46,304 nt of DNA from an uncultured Dehalococcoidales bacterium. Its GTDB lineage: Bacteria; Chloroflexota; Dehalococcoidia; GIF9; UBA5629. The DNA lies in assembly GCA_964616785.1 (NCBI GenBank), contig CAZTRR010000003.1, positions 1 through 46,304 on the forward strand, written 5' to 3'. The notes under the pieces are model-generated. The model had not been told where the DNA came from and made no database searches. It worked only from the letters and a program-made list of their open reading frames with translations. This document shows, piece by piece, positions 1 through 7,782 of this stretch; position 1 is the stretch's first letter, and each line of letters starts with the position of its first letter. A program made the position numbers and the translations under genes.

Positions 1-17
1 CGCCGGCATCCGGGCTA

Positions 18-413
18 GTGTTAGACCCCTTTGAGGTTGCCTCTATACCCGGCCCGGACGTAGCTATGGCAGCCCCGGACCAGGCACCTCCACCAGGCGA
101 CGATGTGGCACCCATATCCGTATCCATGGCCGAGAAGGCTACCCCAGCAGACAAGGTCCCAATCGTTGTGCCGATCGACGGCGCGATAACTAGTACCGGG
201 ATGGCACCAGAACAAGCTGAAGATGATGAAGAGTCCCAGCCGAGTCAAGAGTCTGAAAACACTGACATCTTTGACCTATTCGAGGGTGTGGACGAGGAAG
301 ATACAGATCTGGCTGCGTTCGCCAAAGAGCTTGATGATGTTGCCCTTTCTGGCTTACTCACCGAGACTGAAGGCTTGACTCGAGAACTGAAGGAGCTTTT
401 CACAAGACACTGA
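18..413 (+). CDS. Acidic low-complexity hypothetical protein; the frame is open to the left window edge, so the true 5' end may lie upstream
   Basis: 131-aa ORF rich in D/E/P/A. There is no in-frame stop between nt 3 and the GTG at 18. It ends at TGA 411-413. No family motif recognised. Confidence 0.35.
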   Translation: MLDPFEVASIPGPDVAMAAPDQAPPPGDDVAPISVSMAEKATPADKVPIVVPIDGAITSTGMAPEQAEDDEESQPSQESENTDIFDLFEGVDEEDTDLAAFAKELDDVALSGLLTETEGLTRELKELFTRH

Positions 414-430
414 AAGAGCTTTTCACATAA
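387..430 (+). repeat. Two direct copies of a 21-nt unit (period 23 nt) spanning the stop codon of the first ORF
   Basis: CTGAAGGAGCTTTTCACAAGA (387-407) versus CTGAAAGAGCTTTTCACATAA (410-430), 18/21 identical. Confidence 0.8.
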
Positions 431-450
431 CAAGGAAGGAGGGACTAGTC

Positions 451-1986
451 ATGGCAAAGGCGAAATACATCAGGTTTCTTCAGACTATGGGCCTGGCCGC
501 GATTGTGCTCTTGCTGGCTGCCACAGCGGCTGCACCAGCGCTAGCGGAGGACGAAACGCGACCAACCATAATGCTGAACCCGCGCGAGGGGCCGGTAGGA
601 ACGAAGCTATACGTTACCCTGGCTGACTTCACGCCAGGAACAATCGACATCTCTTTCGATGCTGAGTCGAACGTAGTAGAAACGGACTCCAGCGACGACA
701 ATGGCGATTTGTACACCTATCTCATCATCGAGGAGTATCCGGCAGGGAAGTACAAGGTATGGGCTACTGACAACGATGACAACCAGGAAATCTCGTATTT
801 CGATGTAGTCCCGGAGATCGAGCTGGACAATTCCTCTGGCTATGTTGGGGACGACATAATCGTCGACGGCACAGGTTTCGCTGCCAATAGTGAGGTGAGC
901 ATCTGTTTCGACGGTGACGAGGTTGCCATCGATAGGACCAACGAGGATGGCAGCTTCAGTGGTGCCACCTTCCAGGCTCCCGAAAGCTATAACGGCAGCC
1001 ACACCGTGAAGGCCGTAGACGACAGCGAGGACGATAACTACACCACTACCAGCTTCCTAACACACCAGTCAATGGCCATCTCCGCCCAGTCAGGGGCCGT
1101 TGGCACCGGCGTAACCGTGAGCGGTACAGGTTTCGCCGCCGACAGCGATATAGCCGTTCGCTTTGCCGATAAGGAGGTCACCTCCAGCAAGTCCGATGAA
1201 AACGGCACTTTCAGCGATACATTCGTTGTGCCAGCCATGGTGAAAGGCACATATAGAATAAAAGTCACCGATGGCAGCAACAGCGAATTTGCCGACTTCA
1301 CTACTCTGTCTGCCACCACACTTAGCCCAACCACAGGCCATGTGGGGACAGAGGTGACTGTCAGCGGTGCCGGCTTCACACCCAATGCAACGATAGTCGT
1401 CAAGTACGACGGCACCCAGGTGGTCAAGACCAATACCGATGAAAACGGCACTTTTGAGACGAGCTTCAATGTACCGGTAAGTGAACACGGTGAACATACG
1501 GTGATTGCGACTGATGCTGCCAACGTGGGAGAGATGGCCTTTACCATGGAGGCAGACCCACCGCCAGCACCGCAACTGCTGCTTCCGGCTAATGCCACCA
1601 GAGTGTCGCAAACGCCGCAGTTCTCCTGGGATGCTGTTACCGACCCCAGCGGCGTCACCTACAGCTTCCAAGTTGCCTCAGATGCGAATTTCTCCGAGGT
1701 AGTGCTGAACAAGAGCGGTTTGAGCGATACGGAGTATCTTGTTACCGAGGGAGAAAGGCTAGCGCCGGCCAAGAAGGAAGCCCCTTATCACTGGAGGGTC
1801 AGAGCCATCGATCGTGCTTCCAACCCAGGTAAGTGGTCAGGCACAGGGACATTCTACATGGGCATAACCCTGGCCGCGCCCCCTGGCTGGATCCAGTGGG
1901 GTCTGACAGGACTTGGAATAACGCTGTTTGGTTTCCTGTTCGCCACTTTCCTGAACCGGCTGAGACGGCTAGCCATAGGCGACTGA
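451..1986 (+). CDS. Secreted, C-terminally anchored cell-surface protein with four tandem Ig-like (IPT/TIG-type) repeats and an FN3-like module
   Basis: SD AAGGAAGGAGGG (432-443) lies 7 nt before the ATG. N-terminal signal/TM segment (LAAIVLLLAATAAAPALA). Four repeats of about 85 aa share G(T/A)GF..(N/D)(S/A)...V.(F/Y)....V...T(D/N)E(D/N)G(S/T)F. The C-terminal part has an FN3-like PQFSWDAVTDPSGVTYSFQV, then a hydrophobic anchor and a basic tail. Confidence 0.75.
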   Translation: MAKAKYIRFLQTMGLAAIVLLLAATAAAPALAEDETRPTIMLNPREGPVGTKLYVTLADFTPGTIDISFDAESNVVETDSSDDNGDLYTYLIIEEYPAGKYKVWATDNDDNQEISYFDVVPEIELDNSSGYVGDDIIVDGTGFAANSEVSICFDGDEVAIDRTNEDGSFSGATFQAPESYNGSHTVKAVDDSEDDNYTTTSFLTHQSMAISAQSGAVGTGVTVSGTGFAADSDIAVRFADKEVTSSKSDENGTFSDTFVVPAMVKGTYRIKVTDGSNSEFADFTTLSATTLSPTTGHVGTEVTVSGAGFTPNATIVVKYDGTQVVKTNTDENGTFETSFNVPVSEHGEHTVIATDAANVGEMAFTMEADPPPAPQLLLPANATRVSQTPQFSWDAVTDPSGVTYSFQVASDANFSEVVLNKSGLSDTEYLVTEGERLAPAKKEAPYHWRVRAIDRASNPGKWSGTGTFYMGITLAAPPGWIQWGLTGLGITLFGFLFATFLNRLRRLAIGD

Positions 1987-2044
1987 GGAATCTGCTGGCA
2001 TACGCAAAGGGATGGAGGAAGCTGAAGGTTAAAGATTGAAGATT

Positions 2045-2135
2045 ACGTGCCAGTCACCCGCCTACGGGTGATGGCCAACCCGATGAATGCACCCCACGGG
2101 GCACCTGTGGGCAGGTGACTCCCACAAATCCCAGT
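2045..2135. repeat. REP-like hairpin elements downstream of the surface-protein gene
   Basis: TCACCCG-CCTA-CGGGTGA hairpin (2054-2071) and CACCTG-TGGG-CAGGTG hairpin (2103-2118). The 22-mer CTGTGGGCAGGTGACTCCCACA (2105-2126) is the reverse complement, 20/22, of 7569-7590. GCCAGTCACCCG (2049-2060) recurs at 7651-7662. Confidence 0.7.
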
Positions 2136-2553
2136 CAACATCCAAATCCAGGTGACCAGGTTCTCTGTCGTTGGGACTAAAGTCATAGGGAAAACATGAC
2201 TGATAGGTGATTCACAATGGCTGGCTCATCGTATATCCTGTCATCAGTCAGGTTCAACTCTGATAAGGTGTTGTTACGTGATTGGACGGGACGAAATGAG
2301 TTTTGTCCTTCCAGGTTGTTACGAGCTAGCAACGTCGAAAGCACTTGTGAGAAACGAACGAGGGTTAGGACATTTGGCCTTCACATTCAGCAAACACGGA
2401 AATCGTAGTGGCACAGGTATGAGAATAAACGTGATGACTCGGTGGACAAACTCCAGAAGCCGGGCGCCTGACAAGTAATGGAATCAGTAAAGCAGCATGG
2501 TCAAACGGAGACAGGGGACACAGTTCCGAGGGCAAAACGGTGAGGTAACTGTA

Positions 2554-3636
2554 ATGAGAAGAATAGCAGTTAAATATGCCAAGCCGGGGATGCTACTCGG
2601 AGCACCTGTTTACGACAACTATGGCACTATGCTATTGGACGCGGATATTAGGTTAGATGAACAATGCATAGGAGTCCTGCGCAACAACTCCGTTGTTGAG
2701 CTCTTGCTAGATGACTGGCGTGTCACCGACGTACCTGTAGAGCCCCTCGTTTCACCGGAACTGGAGGGAAAGGCAGCGCATGCACTGCGCCGGCTAATTA
2801 TTGAGAACCAGGGACAGTCCCGTGTTGCAGCCAAGAACATCAACGACGTGGTGAGGACGGTGAATGCTCTGGCGCGCAAAATGGAACTCGAAAGCACCGG
2901 TGAAGCCGCCACAGCAGGGATTAACGCGGAGCAGGACTACATGTACCTACAGTCAGTGAAGACGGCTGTGCTGTCTGTGCTATTGGGTAAAAGTGCCGGC
3001 CTTGACAAGTCCGACCTCGGCCCTCTGGGAGTAGCTGCCACACTGAAGGACGTGGGCTATATCTCAGTACCTCAGGAGATTCTGCAAAGGCCAGACTTGC
3101 TGACCGAAAAGGAGCTTCTGAAGATACGGCAACATCCCATGTTCGGCTATGAGCTCCTGAGTCAACACCGTTCCACGAGCGGTGCAATAGCCAACGCAGT
3201 CCTTCAACACCACGAACGGTGGAACGGGACCGGATACCCGTATGGGTTAAAACAGACGGACATAAACCGTTTCGCCCAGGTCATAGCCGTATGTGACACC
3301 TACACCGCCCTGTTGTCAAAAAGGCCGGGCAGAAAAATATTCATGCCTCACGAGGCGACCGAGTATATTATGGCCTACGCTGGGGAGCAGTTCAATCCAG
3401 AGCTGGTAGAGTTGTTTGTAAGGCAGGTTCCGTGCTACTCCACCGGGTTGACCGTCAGGCTTAACACCAAAGAGATTGGCATCATATCAGATACTAACCT
3501 TGGTGCCATCAGCAGACCGGTAGTACGTGTCATCTACGATGAAGACTCCGGGAAAGTGAGTAAACCATACGATATAGACCTGTCAGAGGTCGACTACCAG
3601 CACAAGCTGATTACAGAGGTTATAGATTACTACTGA
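2554..3636 (+). CDS. HD-GYP domain protein (c-di-GMP phosphodiesterase family) with a degenerate HD dyad
   Basis: Carries HHERWNGTGYPYGL and the downstream VCDTYTALLSKRPGR. I moved the start to ATG 2554 (MRRIAVKYAKPGMLLG...) because SD GGTGAGG (2539-2545) lies 8 nt upstream. The ORF-track start at 2497 has no SD. The canonical LHDIGK reads LKDVGY. Confidence 0.85.
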   Translation: MRRIAVKYAKPGMLLGAPVYDNYGTMLLDADIRLDEQCIGVLRNNSVVELLLDDWRVTDVPVEPLVSPELEGKAAHALRRLIIENQGQSRVAAKNINDVVRTVNALARKMELESTGEAATAGINAEQDYMYLQSVKTAVLSVLLGKSAGLDKSDLGPLGVAATLKDVGYISVPQEILQRPDLLTEKELLKIRQHPMFGYELLSQHRSTSGAIANAVLQHHERWNGTGYPYGLKQTDINRFAQVIAVCDTYTALLSKRPGRKIFMPHEATEYIMAYAGEQFNPELVELFVRQVPCYSTGLTVRLNTKEIGIISDTNLGAISRPVVRVIYDEDSGKVSKPYDIDLSEVDYQHKLITEVIDYY

Positions 3637-4253
3637 TGGCAGACAAAAAGACAATGTCACAAGCTGAGATAGATGCTTTGCTGACGGCATCTGGCCAAGC
3701 AGCAGGTACAGCGGCAAGACCAACGCCGGCAGAGACAGCGGAGGCAGATCCACATGCAGAAGCCCGGCCAGTAGCAGCAGCGAATGCCAAAGCGCAAACA
3801 GCTGCTGTGGCAGAAGCCGAACCAGCAGCGGCCGCGAAGGCAGCTCCACCGCCTTCCACGCCACCTGAGGCACCGCAGGCCCCACAGGCCCCACAGGCCC
3901 CACGGGCCTCAGTTGCGCTTGAGGCTGTGCAGTCCACCGTGGCCGACCTGGCGGAGCGCCTTGCCAAGATCGAAGCAGCCATGGGCGCCCTTGACCAGCT
4001 GCAGAAGACGGTGACAGAGGCCAACGCTATCATTCGCAAAAAACCGCAGGACCTCCAATCCGTGGCGAATCGCCTGCAGGATGTCACTGAGCAGGTAGAA
4101 GAAACGGCGAGAAAACTCCGGAGCACTCCAACCTATAACATCGGTGAAATCTTCCAGTGCAATTCCTGCGATTCCGAAGGCCTCGTCGCCATACAGGTCA
4201 AGTGCACAGAGTGCGGACGGGAGAAGTGGTGGGGCTGGTGGCCAAAGGAGTGA
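3636..4253 (+). CDS. Hypothetical protein: N-terminal FliM-like SQAEIDALL motif, Ala/Pro-rich linker, coiled coil, C-terminal CxxC-x11-CxxC zinc ribbon
   Basis: The ATG overlaps the HD-GYP stop (TGATG, 3634-3638). N-terminus is MADKKTMSQAEIDALLTASG. The C-terminus is QCNSCDSEGLVAIQVKCTECGREKWWGWWPKE. The antisense 168-aa ORF is a compositional shadow. Confidence 0.7.
   Translation: MADKKTMSQAEIDALLTASGQAAGTAARPTPAETAEADPHAEARPVAAANAKAQTAAVAEAEPAAAAKAAPPPSTPPEAPQAPQAPQAPRASVALEAVQSTVADLAERLAKIEAAMGALDQLQKTVTEANAIIRKKPQDLQSVANRLQDVTEQVEETARKLRSTPTYNIGEIFQCNSCDSEGLVAIQVKCTECGREKWWGWWPKE
3870..3905 (+). repeat. Four tandem 9-nt units encoding (A)PQ repeats
   Basis: GCACCGCAG GCCCCACAG GCCCCACAG GCCCCACGG, encoding APQAPQAPQAPR. 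Confidence 0.85.
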
Positions 4254-4269
4254 CGTACCCCCTCTGCAT

Positions 4270-4405
4270 TATAGTGCAACTTCAGCAGTGACACCACTTA
4301 GGCTGAAGTGACCGCAGACCCCTGTTGTGGACAGGCTGAAGCGTCACCCTACATGTTCTATCCTTACCGACAAATGTAGGGACAGACCTCCAGAGGCTGT
4401 CCTCT
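4270..4405. repeat. Cluster of REP-like hairpin repeats upstream of uvrA
   Basis: GGCTGAAG occurs twice (4301-4308, 4334-4341). GCGTCACCCTACA ends at 4353. The inverted pair CCTACAT (4348-4354) / ATGTAGG (4374-4380) joins two opposed units. TGTAGG-GACAG..CTGTCC hairpin unit at 4375-4402. Confidence 0.65.
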
Positions 4406-4564
4406 GAGTTTGACCCAGGCAATCCTGCGAGGTATCAAGACCAATTCGCTTTCTGCACCTTGAAAGAAAAACATGCGTTTGTGAGACGCTGTGCTCTGTT
4501 GTGTGCCTTCGCCCTGGCCTCATGCTACAATAGATAAGCGGGAACATTCGGCACAGAGAGGCAT

Positions 4565-7426
4565 ATGTCGTCAGATAGCATAATCGTAAGGGGAGCCCGA
4601 GAGCACAACCTCAAGAACATAGACGTAGCTATCCCCCGAGACAAGCTCGTGGTTATCACCGGCGTCTCGGGCTCGGGCAAGAGCTCCCTGGCCTTCGATA
4701 CCATATACGCGGAAGGGCAACGCCGCTACGTCGAGTCGCTGTCTGCCTACGCTCGCCAGTTCCTGGGACGTATGGAGAAGCCCGACGTCGATTACGTAGA
4801 AGGGCTGAGTCCCGCTATCTCGATTGACCAGAAAGGGCCGTCTCATAATCCGCGCTCCACCGTGGGCACCGTAACCGAGATATACGACTACTTGCGCCTT
4901 CTTTTTGCCCGTGTTGGTCATCCTCATTGTCCCAAGTGTGGGCGCGAAATCTCCCGGCAGACAGTACAGCAAATCGTGGATGCCGTGCAAGAAATACCCA
5001 CGGCCAGCCGAGTCATGATACTGGCACCGCTAATCAGGGACCGGAAAGGTGAACACCAGGCGATATTTGATGACCTGCGGAAAGCGGGATTCGTCCGCGT
5101 TCGAGTTGATGGCTATATTCACGACTTGTCTGAAGAGTTCGAGCTGGACAAGAACAAGAAACACACCATCGAAGTAGTGGTTGACCGGCTCAGGATAGGA
5201 GAAGCCGAAAACAGCCGTATTGCCGACTCTGTGGAGACCGCACTGAAGCTTGGAGCCGGAGTTGTCCTTGTCTCCATCAACGACAGAGAAGAGCTGCTGT
5301 TCTCTGAGCATTTCGCCTGCGTTCACTGCGGCATAAGCCTTGGTGAAATTGCACCGCGGACTTTCAGCTTCAACAGTCCCCACGGGGCTTGCCCAGAGTG
5401 CAGCGGGCTGGGCGTCAAACTGGAGGTGGACCCCGACCTGGTGATACCGAACAGGAAGCTGAGCGTGTCTGAGGGTGCCATCCACCCGTGGGTCTGGGCT
5501 TCATGGCGCACCAGCCAACTCGAAGATATGGCTCGACGCCACGGTTTCTCCCTTCGTACGCCAATTGACCAACTCAGCCAGGAGCATCTGAACCTTATCC
5601 TCCACGGTGAGAATGCAGAGGTGGCAAGATACCGCAATCGTTATGGACGAGTCAGAGAGTACTCCAGCGGCTATGAAGGGGTAGCCACCTCTCTGGAGCG
5701 CCTCTATCGAGAAACCGAGTCCAACAACAGTCGTGCTTTCATTGAAAGATATATGGTCTCCCACCCCTGCCCAGTTTGCCGCGGAAAGCGGCTCAAACCT
5801 GAATCTCTGGCTGTTACCATCGCCGGCAAGAACATAACCGAGGTGACCGTGCTATGCGCTTTGGAAGCGTTGCGATGGATCCGGTTCCTAAGCGATCAAC
5901 AGAACCACAAACCCCTCTTAACATCTAACGAACTGAGGATAGCCGACCAGATTCTGAAGGAGATAGACACCCGTCTGGGCTTTCTCAGAGACATTGGACT
6001 GGGCTATCTCACCCTGGAACGCCCCTCCGCAACCTTGAGCGGTGGAGAAGCGCAGAGAATCCGGCTGGCTACTCAAATAGGGAGCGGCCTGATGGGAGTG
6101 CTTTATGTGTGCGACGAGCCTACGATTGGCTTGCACCCCGCCGACATCTTCCGTCTCATCGGAACGATGAAGAGGTTGCGCGACCTGGGTAATACCATTC
6201 TCATCGTAGAGCATGATGAGGTCATGATGCGGGCTGCCGATTACATTATCGATATGGGGCCCGGGGCCGGTGAACATGGTGGCCAGATTGTGACCACAGG
6301 ACCATTGGAAAGCATCATAAACTGCCCCGAGTCAATAACCGGACAATACCTCAGCAGAAGCAAGCGAATTCCCTTACCAACAGGTCGGCGCTCTGGTTCG
6401 GGCAGAGAGCTGGTAATCATGGGCGCCCGCGAAAACAACCTGAAGAACATTGATGTGACCGTGCCGCTGGGTAGGTTCGTCTGTATAAGCGGTGTATCAG
6501 GCAGCGGCAAGAGCACGCTTATCAACGAGGTGCTGTACAAGAAACTAGCTCAGACATTCTACCGGGCAAAAGATAGACCCGGAGAATGCGACGGCATCAT
6601 TGGCGTCGAGCATATTGACAAGGTCGTCAATATCGACCAATCGCCCATCGGCCGTACTCCGCGCAGCAACCCGGCTACGTACACTGGAACTTTCACCCCC
6701 ATACGCGAACTCTTTGCCACCGTGCCCGAAGCTCGCATGCGCGGGTACCGCCAGGGCCGGTTTTCTTTCAATGTCCGTGGGGGACGGTGTGAGGCCTGCC
6801 AGGGCGAGGGCTATATCCAGATAGAGATGCACTTCCTGCCCGACGTTACCGTGCCGTGTGAAGTGTGTAAGGGGAAGCGTTACAACCGCGAGGCCCTCGA
6901 CATACTCTTCAAGGGCAAGAACGTCGCCGATATTCTGGATATGACCGTGGATGAAGCCCTACCCTTCTTTGAGCACTTCCCCAAGGTCAAGAACAAGTTG
7001 CAGACACTCCGAGATGTTGGCCTGGGCTACATACGGCTGGGACAGCCAGCACCAACACTTTCTGGGGGCGAAGCCCAGCGGGTCAAACTTGCCACTGAAC
7101 TATCTCGGCGCTCCACTGGCAAGACGCTCTACATCCTCGATGAGCCTACGACCGGTCTCGCCTTTGCCGACATAGCGTATCTACTACAGGTACTGCACCG
7201 CCTGGTAGACGCCGGAAATACCGTGGTCATTATCGAGCACCACCTGGACGTAGTCAAGAACGCTGACCATATAATCGACCTTGGCCCCGGTGCCGGCGAT
7301 GAAGGAGGCTACGTTATGGCCACCGGCACACCCGAGGAAATAGCCCGGGTAGATGCCTCGCTCACTGGCCAATACCTCCAGAATGTGCTCCAGACGCAAC
7401 AAAGACAGTATTCTTTGGCCACCTAG
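4565..7426 (+). CDS. uvrA: Excinuclease ABC subunit A (UvrA)
   Basis: 953 aa. N-terminus is [63 protein letters not shown]. Second Walker A is [10 protein letters not shown]. There are two LSGGEAQR signatures and CxxC zinc modules. Confidence 0.97.
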   Translation: MSSDSIIVRGAREHNLKNIDVAIPRDKLVVITGVSGSGKSSLAFDTIYAEGQRRYVESLSAYARQFLGRMEKPDVDYVEGLSPAISIDQKGPSHNPRSTVGTVTEIYDYLRLLFARVGHPHCPKCGREISRQTVQQIVDAVQEIPTASRVMILAPLIRDRKGEHQAIFDDLRKAGFVRVRVDGYIHDLSEEFELDKNKKHTIEVVVDRLRIGEAENSRIADSVETALKLGAGVVLVSINDREELLFSEHFACVHCGISLGEIAPRTFSFNSPHGACPECSGLGVKLEVDPDLVIPNRKLSVSEGAIHPWVWASWRTSQLEDMARRHGFSLRTPIDQLSQEHLNLILHGENAEVARYRNRYGRVREYSSGYEGVATSLERLYRETESNNSRAFIERYMVSHPCPVCRGKRLKPESLAVTIAGKNITEVTVLCALEALRWIRFLSDQQNHKPLLTSNELRIADQILKEIDTRLGFLRDIGLGYLTLERPSATLSGGEAQRIRLATQIGSGLMGVLYVCDEPTIGLHPADIFRLIGTMKRLRDLGNTILIVEHDEVMMRAADYIIDMGPGAGEHGGQIVTTGPLESIINCPESITGQYLSRSKRIPLPTGRRSGSGRELVIMGARENNLKNIDVTVPLGRFVCISGVSGSGKSTLINEVLYKKLAQTFYRAKDRPGECDGIIGVEHIDKVVNIDQSPIGRTPRSNPATYTGTFTPIRELFATVPEARMRGYRQGRFSFNVRGGRCEACQGEGYIQIEMHFLPDVTVPCEVCKGKRYNREALDILFKGKNVADILDMTVDEALPFFEHFPKVKNKLQTLRDVGLGYIRLGQPAPTLSGGEAQRVKLATELSRRSTGKTLYILDEPTTGLAFADIAYLLQVLHRLVDAGNTVVIIEHHLDVVKNADHIIDLGPGAGDEGGYVMATGTPEEIARVDASLTGQYLQNVLQTQQRQYSLAT

Positions 7427-7499
7427 TGGCGATTCCTCTCCGTTTGCCCTGTGCGGGATTATCCAGTAAGCTTGTCCTGGGCATGAGATTCGGCGCGCA

Positions 7500-7740
7500 G
7501 TCTATCCTGAGTGCGAGATTCTTCGCTTCGCTCAGACTGACAGGTGGCGAAGGGGTCAGTGAGTGTTGTGTGGGAGTCACCCGCCCAGAGGCCACCTATG
7601 ACCCACGTGGACATCATCTTGTGGGTGTCAGGTCACCAGACCTGACCCTACTCTGTAAAGCCAGTCACCCGTTGGCGAATGAATATCCCCAGGAAAAACA
7701 GGCGGACAGACCTGAAGGTCTGTCCCTACTACAACTGTCC
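7500..7740. repeat. Dense cluster of REP-like hairpin repeats in the convergent uvrA / GGDEF intergenic region
   Basis: CCTGAGTGCGAGATTCTTCGCTTCGCTCAGACTGACAGGTGG (7506-7547). TGTGGGAGTCACCCGCCCAGAG (7569-7590). GTCAGGTC-ACCA-GACCTGAC+CCTACTCTG (7627-7655). GGACAGACC-TGAA-GGTCTGTCC+CTACTACA (7704-7733). Confidence 0.8.
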
Positions 7741-7782
7741 GAGACCGCACCGCTCTGAATTGCCCCTATTCTACTTCAGGTT

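Noticed and set aside
1038-1671. Two long minus-strand ORFs (206 and 193 aa)
   Set aside because: They are antisense to the repeat-domain surface protein, which has an SD, a signal peptide and a coherent domain structure.
2246-2265. tRNA T-arm-like GTCAGGTTCAACTCTGAT
   Set aside because: The loop would be 8 nt, and no complementary acceptor stem, D-arm or anticodon arm exists at the required distances.
2217-2478. Two small plus-strand ORFs (63 and 66 aa) upstream of the HD-GYP gene
   Set aside because: They have no SD, they overlap each other in different frames, and they carry no motif.
2528-2540. GAGGGCAAAACGG, a possible c-di-GMP-I (GEMM) riboswitch fragment before the HD-GYP gene
   Set aside because: This is only a short resemblance to the GGCAAA core. 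I could find neither the paired P1/P2 helices nor the second conserved block (ACGCAAAGC).
3620-4126. 168-aa minus-strand ORF rich in Ala, Ser and Gly
   Set aside because: It is antisense to the Ala/Pro-rich linker of the 3636-4253 gene. It is a compositional shadow with no SD and no motif.
4542-4553. GAACATTCGGCA, a possible LexA/SOS-box half-site just upstream of uvrA
   Set aside because: The second half-site (GTTC) of a GAAC-N4-GTTC box is absent, so it is not a palindrome.
7362-7758. 77-aa minus-strand and 110-aa plus-strand ORFs in the uvrA/GGDEF spacer
   Set aside because: They are read-through translations of the hairpin repeat cluster (for example ...SLSEAKNLALRI...). They have no SD.
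7427-7782. Possible CRISPR array, suggested by the repeated hairpins
   Set aside because: The repeats differ in stem sequence, occur in both orientations, have irregular spacing and are dispersed across loci. This is REP-like behaviour, not a CRISPR array.
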